Of a stretch of DNA of 64,000 bases, positions 1 through 12,300 are shown in pieces. Positions within the stretch are counted from its first letter, which is position 1. Every line of letters begins with the position of its first letter. This stretch comes from Octopus bimaculoides (taxonomy: Eukaryota): the NCBI RefSeq assembly GCF_001194135.2, contig NC_068994.1, positions 20,436,234 to 20,500,233 of the forward strand. The letters are read 5' to 3'. A model generated the notes under the pieces. The model saw nothing but the letters and a program-made list of their open reading frames with translations. It searched no databases and had not been told where the DNA came from. The translations under genes were made by a program, and so were the position numbers.

Positions 1-276
1 AATAGTTTCATTTTTAAAGTGAAAGTATTTGACATGAGTGTTTTTGTTTCACTTTTGACACGTAATACTTAAATAGTGGAGGAGATATTATGTTGCCGTG
101 TGCTCGAACTCTGCAAGAAGTTAATAATTTTTGACTAAAACACAACTGGAACCCTAAGTAAGGCATGTGTAAAATTTGAATGAAATTGGTTGCGTAGTTC
201 TCGAGTTTTAGGGATTCACACACACAGACAGACAGACAGACCGACAGACACACATTCTCATTTTTATATATATAGA
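1..276 (-). mobile_element. non-autonomous Helitron-like element, 5' end
   Basis: minus strand reads A|TCTATATATATAAAAATG followed by a (CTGT)n/(GT)n tract, typical of Helitron-N 5' termini; continues beyond the window. Confidence 0.5.
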
Positions 277-1734
277 TAATGGTGGTGCCCCAGCATGGCC
301 ACAGCTCATGAGCTGAAACTAGATAAAATGAAAAATGAATACAGCAAGAGTATTTCTTGTGTATCCAGAAAGAACGCCTCATTCTAAACATGTGAGAGAC
401 GGACCTCACATACCTCCCTTCCAACGAAGGGAAAGAATTCTGCGTCATCGTGTAAGTTGTATTCTATTTCTTCATTAATTTGCTATTTTGCAGTAGAAAT
501 TTTGAGAAAAGAATGCACACCAAACACTTCAAACACAATGAGGGGAAACTAAAGACTGTACTCCATTTCTTCAATAATTTGCTATTTCACAGTAGAAATT
601 TTTAAAAAAGAACACACACAAATAAAGCACTTCAAACCCGATGAGAGGAAAATCCAGAAGCTTATATATTTCAACCAAAAGTAAGGTATTATACATTTTG
701 TAAGGCAGATTATGAAAGAAAAACAGAAATTTTGACACTGTTTAGTGATTTATTAACCAATTTGTACAGAAATAAAAATAAATATTCCATCAAAAACAAA
801 ATAATTAATTTGCAATAGAATATAGTAACAATTAAAGAGTTCTGGTTCCAGCAATTTTTACCAAACAACTAAATAATGTCTGTTTACATCACAATAAAGG
901 AGAGCAAAATCAATGCTTGGAAAATTACTAAAAATGTAGTTGGTTGCAGAATAACTAATTTCAAAAAAACTTTCTAAATTGCTGCAGATTACTCGAATAA
1001 TGAAGACTATTTGGATTCAACAGACAAAAAAGAAAAACCACTTTCAGAAAGAAATTCATTTTATACTTGTAATATTTGTCTATTTTTTTTTTAACATTAA
1101 ACAATACAAGGGAATTGACTGAAGAAATTAAAAAAATATAAGGACAAAATTAAAACTTAAAAGGAAAGCTTTTATTATATCTTTTTTTAACTTTGAATCC
1201 AGATACAAAAATTATGATGACATTTTCCACCCTTTCATGGCATTTGTATGTGGATACATACTCAGTTTAATACAATGTATTTTTCATGCAGGCTTAGATT
1301 CATCCTCAAAATTTAATTATATAAAAGTTGAAGAGGACTGTAATGTAATAAAAAAAAAAAAAAATGAACTCAATCACCATTATTTAATACAGGTCTAGAT
1401 ACAAAATCATGTACTATAATTTTCAACGATTAATTTTCCTTTTTTATATTTTTTTCTTCTCTCACATTCTACACACATTACATTTTCCATCAGCCTTTTG
1501 TGTTCTACTGTTGAAATTACAGTCTTTCATTTCTTTGAGTAGTTTTCTGCACCAATCAGCATATTGTTTATTTCTGCAAAAGAAAATTTAATAAAATTAA
1601 ATGTATGTAAAAAGTATACACCACAACAGCAAAGAAATAGATATTGCAATGAAAATGTAATTTGTCCATACACACACTGCTTTGGCTGTAAAGTAGAAGA
1701 CCAAGGAAAAAGTCGAGCACTACATACCAAGTGT

Positions 1735-1876
1735 TATCATCATCATCGTTTAACGTCCGCTTTTCATGCTAGCATGGGTTGGACGATTTGACTGAGGACT
1801 GGCAAACCAGATGGCTGCACCAGGCTCCAATCTGATCTGGCAGTTTCTACAGCTGGATGCCCTTCCTAATGCCAAG
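1735..1876 (-). mobile_element. RTE-type 3' tail repeat / SINE fragment
   Basis: (CAT)n-TTTAACGTCCGC...GCATGGGTTGGACG; same family at about 5300, 37200, 43130, 56960 and 59580. Confidence 0.55.
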
Positions 1877-3202
1877 TGTACATAGTATAAAACAATGTTA
1901 ACAACTTGGCTGAATGGAAAAAGACATTCGTTGTTCCCATGAATCACTACAATTATTGCTTCTACATGAAGATAGGTTTTTACAAAGAGAAATAAATCTA
2001 AAGTCAAGAATCCAGTGCTGCATAATAAAACAGATCTACTAAATGTACTGCCATCAACTGTCTCATGTAAGGGTTACTGACAAGTTAGGAGTGAATGACA
2101 ACAAAAACCTTCAGTTGCTGTTGAGCAAATATGTCTTTAAAAACTTATGAAGTCATGACACCTCAATTAAAATTTGCCAATAAAAGAATCACAAGTAGAA
2201 TGTTATTTCACTACATCTTTGGTTTACATACAGTATACACAAAAATATGCATTTATGAGATAAAATGGATGATAAAAGCCACAATAAAAACACACCTGGC
2301 CCCCAAGAAAAGATTGTGTAGTTGACAAATATAATATACAACATAAAGCTCAAGTAGATCATGAAAAAAATATATCTTCTATTCTGCATCAAAATCAGAT
2401 TTGCCAAAAGATTATTTCAAACTTTCAATTGTCTTGTGAACAGATTTTCAACATTTGAAAAACAAACTCCAGGATGTTTTAGTCATCAGCCTTTCACTTT
2501 TTTCACCAAAAGTCAATGAAAAGATTGTAGCTTGAACATTTTTTGTAGAGATCACAAAATGGTTTCTAAGAAATCAGAGTTAAAGACCACTATATGTCTG
2601 TAAATAACTTGCTTAATGTATATAAAAAACAGATTTCAGGATGTCTCTTAAAATACATTTTCTCTTTTTTTTTCCATTCACATATCTTCTTCCCCGTAAA
2701 TTATAATACAGCATATAACTAGTATAGCAGAAACTTCCATCAAGAGAGTTATCATGGAAAGTAGATGCTAAGGCATATAAGTAACCTAAATATGAAGAGT
2801 GATTATTGTTGATTAAAATTACAAGTTTATGAGATTCGGAGATTGTAGAGAAAAACTTTGCAGCACTTCAAAGATTGCAGGAAAGTTTTACTATATAATT
2901 ACTTGCCATAAAGTAGTAAATTCCAGCAATAACTTTACACAGTTATGGCGTAACCCACTAGTGAATATTTGCTACCTCAATAAACAATATCTCTGTACAG
3001 TATATTTTTTATGTAATTATGACTAAGTGAAGATTTTGAAATGACACTAGCATTATATGAACATCAGGGGTAAAAGGGTATTGTAATGCATAAACTGATC
3101 ATAATAGCAAAATTTGGATTTCAGATCTAAATTCAGTATTACTAAACTATAGGAATCAATACTTATTTCAATAACAAATGTTGCAGTTTGTTGCAAGAGA
3201 AA

Positions 3203-3208
3203 TTTATT
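3203..3208 (-). terminator. candidate polyadenylation signal (AATAAA) of ATP6V0E
   Basis: first AATAAA on the minus strand about 170 nt past the stop; more distal signals also exist. Confidence 0.3.
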
Positions 3209-3380
3209 CTAAAGCTTTCCTCATCTAGGTTTTATCTGTACATTATGTTTTAGATATAGGGATGAGTAAGTTAACAGAAATGGTACACTGAATTGGATAC
3301 TTAAATATTTTGTGTACTGTTTTCTTTGACCTAATTTGACTTGCACTTCTCCATGTTTTTAAATAAATAAAAACTAAATT

Positions 3381-3389
3381 TCAATGAAG
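3381..3389 (-). CDS. ATP6V0E1: ATP6V0E probable last coding exon (LH-stop)
   Basis: tgctcttttgtag|CTT CAT TGA followed by AT-rich UTR-like sequence; chosen on acceptor quality only. Confidence 0.6.
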   Translation of the reverse strand, partial: LH

Positions 3390-6300
3390 CTACAAAAGAG
3401 CAGACACAGCTATGAGGGTCTTGGTTTGGTCCCAAGGTGCAGCACCCTAGCTGAATGTATTCTACTGCAGCGTCAGGTTAACTAATACCTTGTGAGTGAA
3501 ATCTAGTTGATATGGAAATTGTGTGAAAGCCTATTGTATGTGTATAAATATACACACATCATCTTCAATTCACAACTGTTTTTGCATGGTGGCATGGGTT
3601 GGTCAAGTCATCATGATACAAGACAGTTCTTTTTTTTGTAATTAAACATGTAAAGACTGACATCCCACTTGCATTTTTCCATTTGGACACACTTCATGCC
3701 AGATGTTGTGTATGTGTTACTTATGGGTCAAATCAAGTCCTTTCATGTCAAAAACAATTTAGCAATTCAACAAATGAAATAATTATCAGGTTGAAATTAG
3801 TAGACTGATATGATCAAATAAGATCAGTAAAAAATAGCAAGATACCCTTCAGTTCAAATTAAATGATCACACTTCATCTGCAGTAAAGATCTTATCTTAC
3901 TGATAATAGATCACTTTAGTTTTCGTTTTCTTTCAAACTATAAATTACTTTTACTATGAAGAGCATTATTTAATCACTTGGTAAACATTTCAACTGTTAG
4001 ACATCTGATTTCAGTTATATGAATATATGAAAATGGTAAACTTCCCCAGAATACATTTGTAGGCTAAATGAGATGTGTAGGCAGTCAAAATACAAAGAAA
4101 TGCATAAATTTTAACCCATTACCTACCAGTGATCTCATATGAGATCACTTAAAAACTACAAATTTTGTAATTATCTGTTAATATTTACACATATCTAACC
4201 TTTTTGCTATATCTACTAGGTATATTTCTCTGATATTCAAATGAGGTTTGCTAATTTTTCACCCAATATCTCGCTTATTTCTATTTAAAATGTTATTCTG
4301 ATCATTCCAGCGTGTTTCTAAGGCTGTTTTATGCTAGAAATCAAAGTTTCATAAAAAAAATTCCAGTTAATAGAATTATGGGAGGTAATGGGTTAATTAT
4401 TTAGGTATCAGGTGGCCTGTAAAATTTATAACTAAAAGTGAAAAATGATGTTCCTAGTAAGTGGTCAACCTCAGAATATTTCTCTGAAANNNNNNNNNNN
4501 NNNNNNNNNNNNNNNNNNNNNNNNNNNNNNNNNNNNNNNNNNNNNNNNNNNNNNNNNNNNNNNNNNNNNNNNNNNNNNNNNNNNNNNNNNNNNNNNNNNN
4601 NNNNNNNNNNNNNNNNNNNNNNNNNNNNNNNNNNNNNNNNNNNNNNNNNNNNNNNNNNNNNNNNNNNNNNNNNNNNNNNNNNNNNNNNNNNNNNNNNNNN
4701 NNNNNNNNNNNNNNNNNNNNNNNNNNNNAATTGTAGGAACGCTTTGTAGGAATCTTTTTTATCTTTTAACTTGTTTTAGTCATTAGTCCGCAGCCATGCT
4801 GGGGCACCACCTTGGAGAATTTCTTTTAGTCGAATGAATTGACACCAGTACATTATTTTTTAAAGTCTGGTACTTATTCTATCAATCTCTTTTGCCAAAC
4901 CACAAGGTTACAGGGACGTAAACACACCAACATTGGTAGTCAAGTGGTGGGGACAAACAAAGTTAAAGACACACACACACACATATATATATATATGTAT
5001 AGCTATATATGTATATGACAGGCTTCTTTCAGTTTCCATCTACCAAATCTACTCACAAGGCTTTGGTCAGCCCAAGGTTATAGTAGAAGACACTTGCCCA
5101 AGGCACGATGCAGTGGGACTGAACCCATAACCATGCGGTTGGGAAGCAAGCTGAGCTTTTTTTTTCACCTTCTTACCATTACCTACACACTCATGAACAA
5201 CTGGAAGCTTTTATGAATGAGGCAACTGAAGCAAGAAGTTTTTATCTTCTTTGCCTCCAATACAGTAAGTTTACAACTCAATCTCCTGGAGTCTTGCATG
5301 TTAGTGTTTAGCATCAAACTTTAACCATCCACTTTTCCATGTATGCATAGGTTGGACAGAATTTGATGAAGTGGATTTTCCATAGCTGGATGCCCTTCTT
5401 GTCACCAATCCCTACCTGTTTCCAAGTAAGGTAATATTTCTTTATGACCAGACATATTTTCATGAAAGGTTGGAAACAAAGGACACCATTTGCATGACAG
5501 TGACACTTGTTTACAACTATCACACAATATCAAGACAAGGAGACAGTAATACACACACACATATGAAGGCTGATCTCAAAATGCTGAACCTTACAAAGGG
5601 GATGAGAGAGGATCAAGATGAGGTGCAATGCTGTACTTGAGAAGACCCGACCACCACAACAGAATTGTAATCTTAAAACCAAGGTGCCACATAAAAAGCA
5701 CCCAGTACACTTTGCGGAGTGGTTGGCATTAGGAAAGGCATCCAGCCCTAGAAACCAAGCCAAAACAGGCTATGGAACCTGGTGCAGCCCCTGGCCTTGC
5801 TAATTCCTGTCAAGCTGTCCAACTCATGCCAGCATGGAAAATGGATGTTAAATGTTGAAGATATGAGAGTTTCTTTTCAGTTTCCATCAACCAAACCCAT
5901 TCACATGGCTTTTGTTGACCCAATGCTATAGTAGAAGACACTTGCCCAAGGAAACAAGCAGTGAGACTGAACCTGGAACCATGTGATTAAGAAGCAAACT
6001 TCTAACCATACAGACACACTTGAGCCTATATCTGCATTCAGTTTGACAAAAATTTAACAAATTCTATAGTATGAAAGTAAAATAACTTCAATAAACAAAA
6101 ATGTATCGTAAATATTCCAGAAAATACTTACATTATTCCATGCAATTTGAAGATATCTGATGACCTCACTGTCAAGTTGGGGTCCAAAGAGAGGGTTTAA
6201 CTGACTCAAATAAGCACATAACCAACTGTAGAAAAATAAACAGCACTTTAGAAACAGAAATATTACTTGGAATACATAAATTTTAAAATTTCCAAATTTA

Positions 6301-9300
6301 GTTGTGCACTGCATTTGAACAAACGATGTATACAGTTTTATATGACCCAAACTATTGCTTTCTGGCAGTTCATCTTTTGACTGCTAGCTGCAAGAACATC
6401 TTGATTATGAATCATTTTGAAAATATATGTTATTAAACATGATCATAGCTGAAACTAGTAAGAAAATAAAATAAATGATATAATCAGAGAAAGATCTATA
6501 GAGGAGTAGAAAGAGTAAGGTAAGAAGATAAGAAAGTAGACAGAAGAAAGGTAGGCAGGCAAAAGTGATACAGATCCAAATGGAAATTGCAACTAGATTG
6601 GGAACTCAAATAGCAACATATTTACTTTTCATTCACCACTACTCAATAAGAACTCACTACTTGAATGAACCATAGACAAAAATTGACTATAAAAAGAATT
6701 TAGATAATCCTATCAGGTGGTACTATTAAGTTAGACATGGCCTGGACCAAGCTTTGGTCAAAACATATCTAAGCTTTATCTAAGTTTTTACCAAACTAAA
6801 AAGAAGGAACTAAAAACGTTTTGAAAAAATTAAAAGAGAAAAACTGAACTTACAATAAATAACAACAAAAGGCCGTAAGGACACACATCGTTTGAATGAG
6901 TCTGGAAAAAGAAGTTCAGAAACTACATGTAAAATTCATTTCAATATTTTAGCAAATTTTGTACATAACACTCACATAGCAATTATCAAAATTAGTATTC
7001 TAAACCATCAAAATATTACAAGATATCTTTTTTAATTGTTTAAAAACTTTTCAAGTACAAACATACTTACCATAAAGTAGACACACTGAATTTAATCAAA
7101 CAACCAAATTAGAAGGTGTTTGGGCTAATTTTTTGAAGATTTTTATTGTCTCCTTTTTTCAGGGACATCATGTGAAAAGTCGATGGCATTGCAGAGGATA
7201 AAGATTAAAGTTGTAATCAAAAAAAAGTTAGCTGAGATGGAGGACTGGAAGCCATCTACATGTTGGGAAAAAATTACCTGTATCCTGATGATCTGTGCCG
7301 GGTATCAAAATGCCAACATCGTGACTGTTGCTCAATGCTATATGAACATATAAAGGCCATAAGACATGATATGGTGAGCTGCAACAGAGACTACAAAGCT
7401 ATAGCCAGCGAGAAAGGACACAGCAGGCATTCTGACTGTGTCCACACACTAGAATTCATCCAACAACTACAGGATAAAGTGATGGAAGATCTGAGCGAGA
7501 GAGTATGGATTTCGGCAAGAGAGATGGGTCTTGGTGTCACTTCTATGAAGCTGGCCCTGAATGAGGATGTTCACTACCACTTGTACAAGAGGCGCAAGGG
7601 ATGAATTCTGACAGCCAAGGAGAACCACTTGACCAAAGTGAAAAAGCTCCTGAACAAACTGAGGAATATCCTGTTAAGCCAGGAATGATATGGTTCTCAG
7701 ATGAAAAGAATAAGGAGCTGCTGGAGACTGTGGTCAAACACTGGCTGGAGAAGGTTGCTGCTGTAAGGCCATCTGTGTGGCAGCAGGATTTGGCTCCTTG
7801 CCATACCCCCACAAAGGGTAGCAAATTTCTGTGACTTCACTAGTCCCAATTTCTGACCTTCTAATTCCCCCATAGCAATTCATGGGTTACTATGTATAAT
7901 CCATGAATTTGCTGCCTTCAAGTTTGGAAGCAAGGTTTAGAATTGAAGGGCCTTAGAGTCAATGGTGCAAAGAGCAAAGTTCTAGTAAGTAGGAAAGCAA
8001 ACACATCACACACCCCTTTAGGTAGGTGGCCCTGCTCGATCTGTAGAAAAGGTGTAGGTAGAAACTCCATAAGATGTACCCAGTGTAAGCTATGGACACA
8101 CAAGAGGTGCAGCAACATCAAAGGAAGATTAACCGAGAAGATAGCTTTCACATGCAGCAGATGCACTGGGGCAATAAACAGCACAGATGCTCAGAAAACA
8201 GACTCCATCACATGCCAGGAGAAGAAACTAGAAGTAGTTGAAAGCTTCCGTTACCTAGGGGACCAGGTCTGTAGTGGGGGTGGATGCTCAAAGAGTGTTA
8301 CCACTAGAATAAGAATAGTCTGGGTAAAGTTTAGAAAGCTTCTAAACTTGTTGGTGACAAAGGGCCTCTCGCTCAGAGTGAAAGGTAGATTGTATGACGC
8401 ATGTGTGCGAACTGCCATGCTTCAGAGCAGTGAAACATGGGCCATGACTGCTGAAGACATGCGTAGGCTTGAAAGAAATGAAGCTAGTATGATCTGCCAG
8501 ATGTGTAATGTCAGTGTGCATACACGACAGAGTATAGGCACCCTGAGAGAAATGTTAGACATAAGAAGTATTGGATGTGATGTGCAAGAGAGACATTTGC
8601 GTTGGTATGGTCATGGACGAGGAGAGCTGTGTGAAGAAGAGGGGAGAAATTTCCCTCAAAGAGAGAGAATTGCTGAGAGAGAAATTTTATTTTTTATATA
8701 TTTATTTTATTATGTGAGTGGATATTTCTATAGAATTCATTCTTTTCATTTTTTTTTTTTTTTAATGTTTTGGTTGTCCTAGTCGCTGNNNNNNNNNNNN
8801 NNNNNNNNNNNNNNNNNNNNNNNNNNNNNNNNNNNNNNNNNNNNNNNNNNNNNNNNNNNNNNNNNNNNNNNNNNNNNNNNNNNNNNNNNNNNNNNNNNNN
8901 NNNNNNNNNNNNNNNNNNNNNNNNNNNNNNNNNNNNNNNNNNNNNNNNNNNNNNNNNNNNNNNNNNNNNNNNNNNNNNNNNNNNNNNNNNNNNNNNNNNN
9001 NNNNNNNNNNNNNNNNNNNNNNNNNNNNNNNNNNNNNNNNNNNNNNNNNNNNNNNNNNNNNNNNNNNNNNNNNNNNNNNNNNNNNNNNNNNNNNNNNNNN
9101 NNNNNNNNNNNNNNNNNNNNNNNNNNNNNNNNNNNNNNNNNNNNNNNNNNNNNNNNNNNNNNNNNNNNNNNNNNNNNNNNNNNNNNNNNNNNNNNNNNNN
9201 NNNNNNNNNNNNNNNNNNNNNNNNNNNNNNNNNNNNNATAAGACATTCAAAACTGTTTCTATATTTTTTTAATTTTATGTAATATATAGTTACAGCAGAA

Positions 9301-12300
9301 AATAGAAAAAATTGCATCATTATTTGTTGATTTTATGTGTAAATTACACACTTATTAAATCATCTTAAATAACTACTATTGCAACAGACACATCTTGCAG
9401 CCTATGTTTATTTCCAATGGAATGGAGCACTTAAAACCAAAGCGGTGAATACACAATATGAATATCATTCAGAAAAAAAAAAAATCCTTCTTTCTCTTAC
9501 ATTATTAATGCACAATTAAATCTATGACACAGGATACCAAAACAATATCAAATTTACTACAAATTATAAACTCAAAAGTTCATTATACTAAATTTATAAA
9601 AATAATTACTGAGAACAAAATATAAACATCTTGCTCAATGGCACCACCAAGAAAGGTTTGTTTTTTTTTTACAATATATGACAGCCATTAGATTGAACAG
9701 CATGTAAAATGCAAATATGGAACAGACCAAGAAGAGAAAAGACAGAAACACTACTGAAAATATCAGTCACATATGGATAATCTCAGGTACATGTTTACAT
9801 AAGCAAAACCAAATGTACACCCAGAATACACATTTTAATAAAGATCTATTGTTAATAACAGCTGGAAACCCTCTTACACACAAAGGTTTCTCTAGATTGA
9901 ACAGCAGTCAGTGTACGTTCTTTGAAAACATAATTACTAGATATAAGAAAAGTATGCATTCAATATTAGGTACAAAACATTGCTGAACTAGAATAACACA
10001 GCTCATTATCTCTCCTGTACACTTATACAATAACTGAAGTAAATATTCTGATAGGGATTCAAATTAATGTGTTTCACTTTTCCTCTGACAAAACTATTTC
10101 TGTATTTACAACAGTTAACTAGATTGTTGCGTGATTAAATCAGAGAACATCCGTTAATAAGATATCGAAAGAACTCATCGACAAACAGGTGCACCACACT
10201 AAAACAGTTCTAAAATCTCAACAAATGCCTGGATTTTCAAAAACTCTATAAATATACAAGGCTTAAAAACTGAAAGGAAAATATTTCCAAAAGAAATAAG
10301 CAAATAGAAATGTTTCTAAGCAGTGCATCATCATGACCAGAGCCCACTGGCTAGAACCAGTAAATGATATTTATATTAGTTCATCAGCAACTTAGGCTTT
10401 ATAACAATTTAGGAGATATACTGTGAAGAAAAGGCTAGCTTATCAATGGAATAGGAGGAATGTTGCAGACGGCTCCTCTGAACATTGGCCATTCATTTAC
10501 TTTTCTTAGCAACCATATTACAGAGTGTAGAATACTGGTTAAAGTTCTCAATGAATAAATGATATGTGGAGTGGTTCACTCCTGGCTATGCACTTTACCT
10601 GAGGTCTTTTTAAATGAAGAGGGCATCAGTGATATTCCATCCTAACCTAAACTGCATCTTATCTCGGTTGATTTTTTTCCTATTCAGTTTGTTACACTGA
10701 TTACTTAGATAACCTCAATTTAATGCTTCTGTAGTTGGCCCAACCTGGAACATCTCCTTTGTAACATTTAATACCTTATTTTAATCACACTTTTGATCAC
10801 ATAGCTGTCAACATCTATGGACCCTATGCATTTTCATCAGTTGTCAATATCTAAGTATCACTTCTATGCCTCTTTCTTTTTAGAATCAATGGAGGGAAGT
10901 GTTACACTATCATTCCATACTTCTTTCTAACAATATTTTGATTCCTTCTGGTACACTGCTTTGCAATCTGTAAACACCTCGTATCACAAAATATATACAA
11001 ACCTCTTTCTTTTTGATTTCTCCTTTTATACTTAACATCTAGTTTCTCTCCAAACTATTTGATATTGTTCTTTAAAAGTGTAACAAGTTGTAAATATGTT
11101 ATTATGCCTTGTTGAATATCACCACAAAATATCACCAGCAATAATAGGCTAACCAGTTAAGAGACATCTTATATTAGATTTGAAGAAACAAATGCTGTAA
11201 TGGCAGATAGACAAATGGTAGATGACAATAGTATGCAACAATCTTCAATTTACTCTCCTGAAGATTGAAAGCAGATCATAGTCTTGAGTTAAGTGAAACA
11301 GTTAAAAGTGTATAATATTTGAAACAATGGATTTTCAAATACAAATATAAGCTAATGGACAAACAAAAGAACAGTCAGCTTTAGGAGAACAAACAGCTTT
11401 AGCAAAGGAGAATCTGAAAACTAACTGGTTGTCTCAATTTCCTGTGGAAAAAAAAATCAACTAGAAAAGCTATCCAGAATGAATATATTTGAAGGACAAA
11501 GAGGCACCTTGAAATAGGCAAGCTTTTGTAACAAATAGAGTCTTAAAAAGTGCTTTAAGAGAGGTAATAACCTGAAATATACCCACATGCTATCTAGTAT
11601 AGCAAAAAAATAGTGATCAGAATTGTTAAAGTCCATTATACAAGGATGTACTCTAGAAAATCTTTGATAAGTCTACTCAATCAAAGTTGACCTGGGGTTA
11701 AAAATCTTATCCAATACATATCCTAGTCAGACATTTACAATACCTTACTTTCTCACCTCAAACACAGCTTCTACTAATCCATCATAGTCTCTGTATCTAC
11801 AGGACTGTCAAAAACTGTTATATCTTGCCTACCCATTACACAATGCCACCTCCACACACTTCCTAACTCATAACTTCAATAAGTTTTCACTAACTTCACC
11901 CATCTTGTGTGACAGATGTAATCTGACAGGTGGACTTTCAGAATAGCTATCACTCCCTCACAAAGAAGGAAAAGGGCAAAGAATTGAGTGGTTGCTGCCT
12001 TCTCTGAAATTATTTTTTGTCCAAAGAAATTTCATATTTCTACATTTTTGCTCTCTCATTCCTTTCTCAGTAAATTTTTGTTACACCTGTAACACAAGAT
12101 GGATGAATATTATAAAAAATACAACTTTTAATACGCCTAATGGTTTACTTGTAGCTGAACTGTAACAGTTCATGCAAAAACATGAAAAAAAATCACTCAT
12201 ACCCACAAATTCAGCTGCTCTTACCTCCACTATCATCACAACTTCTGTAAGATTTCTATGTTAGACACAGGATGCCTCCATGCAGTACACAGCTTTCCTA

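Noticed and set aside
14-448. 144-aa ORF at the window start
   Set aside because: Runs through a SINE end and a Helitron CTGT microsatellite (CLSVCLSVCV); no protein signature.
7066-7092. Possible 15-nt micro-exon with gtaagt donor on the minus strand in ATP6V0E intron 1
   Set aside because: Not needed: the true 48-nt exon 2 at 6854-6901 completes the protein; no supporting evidence for use.
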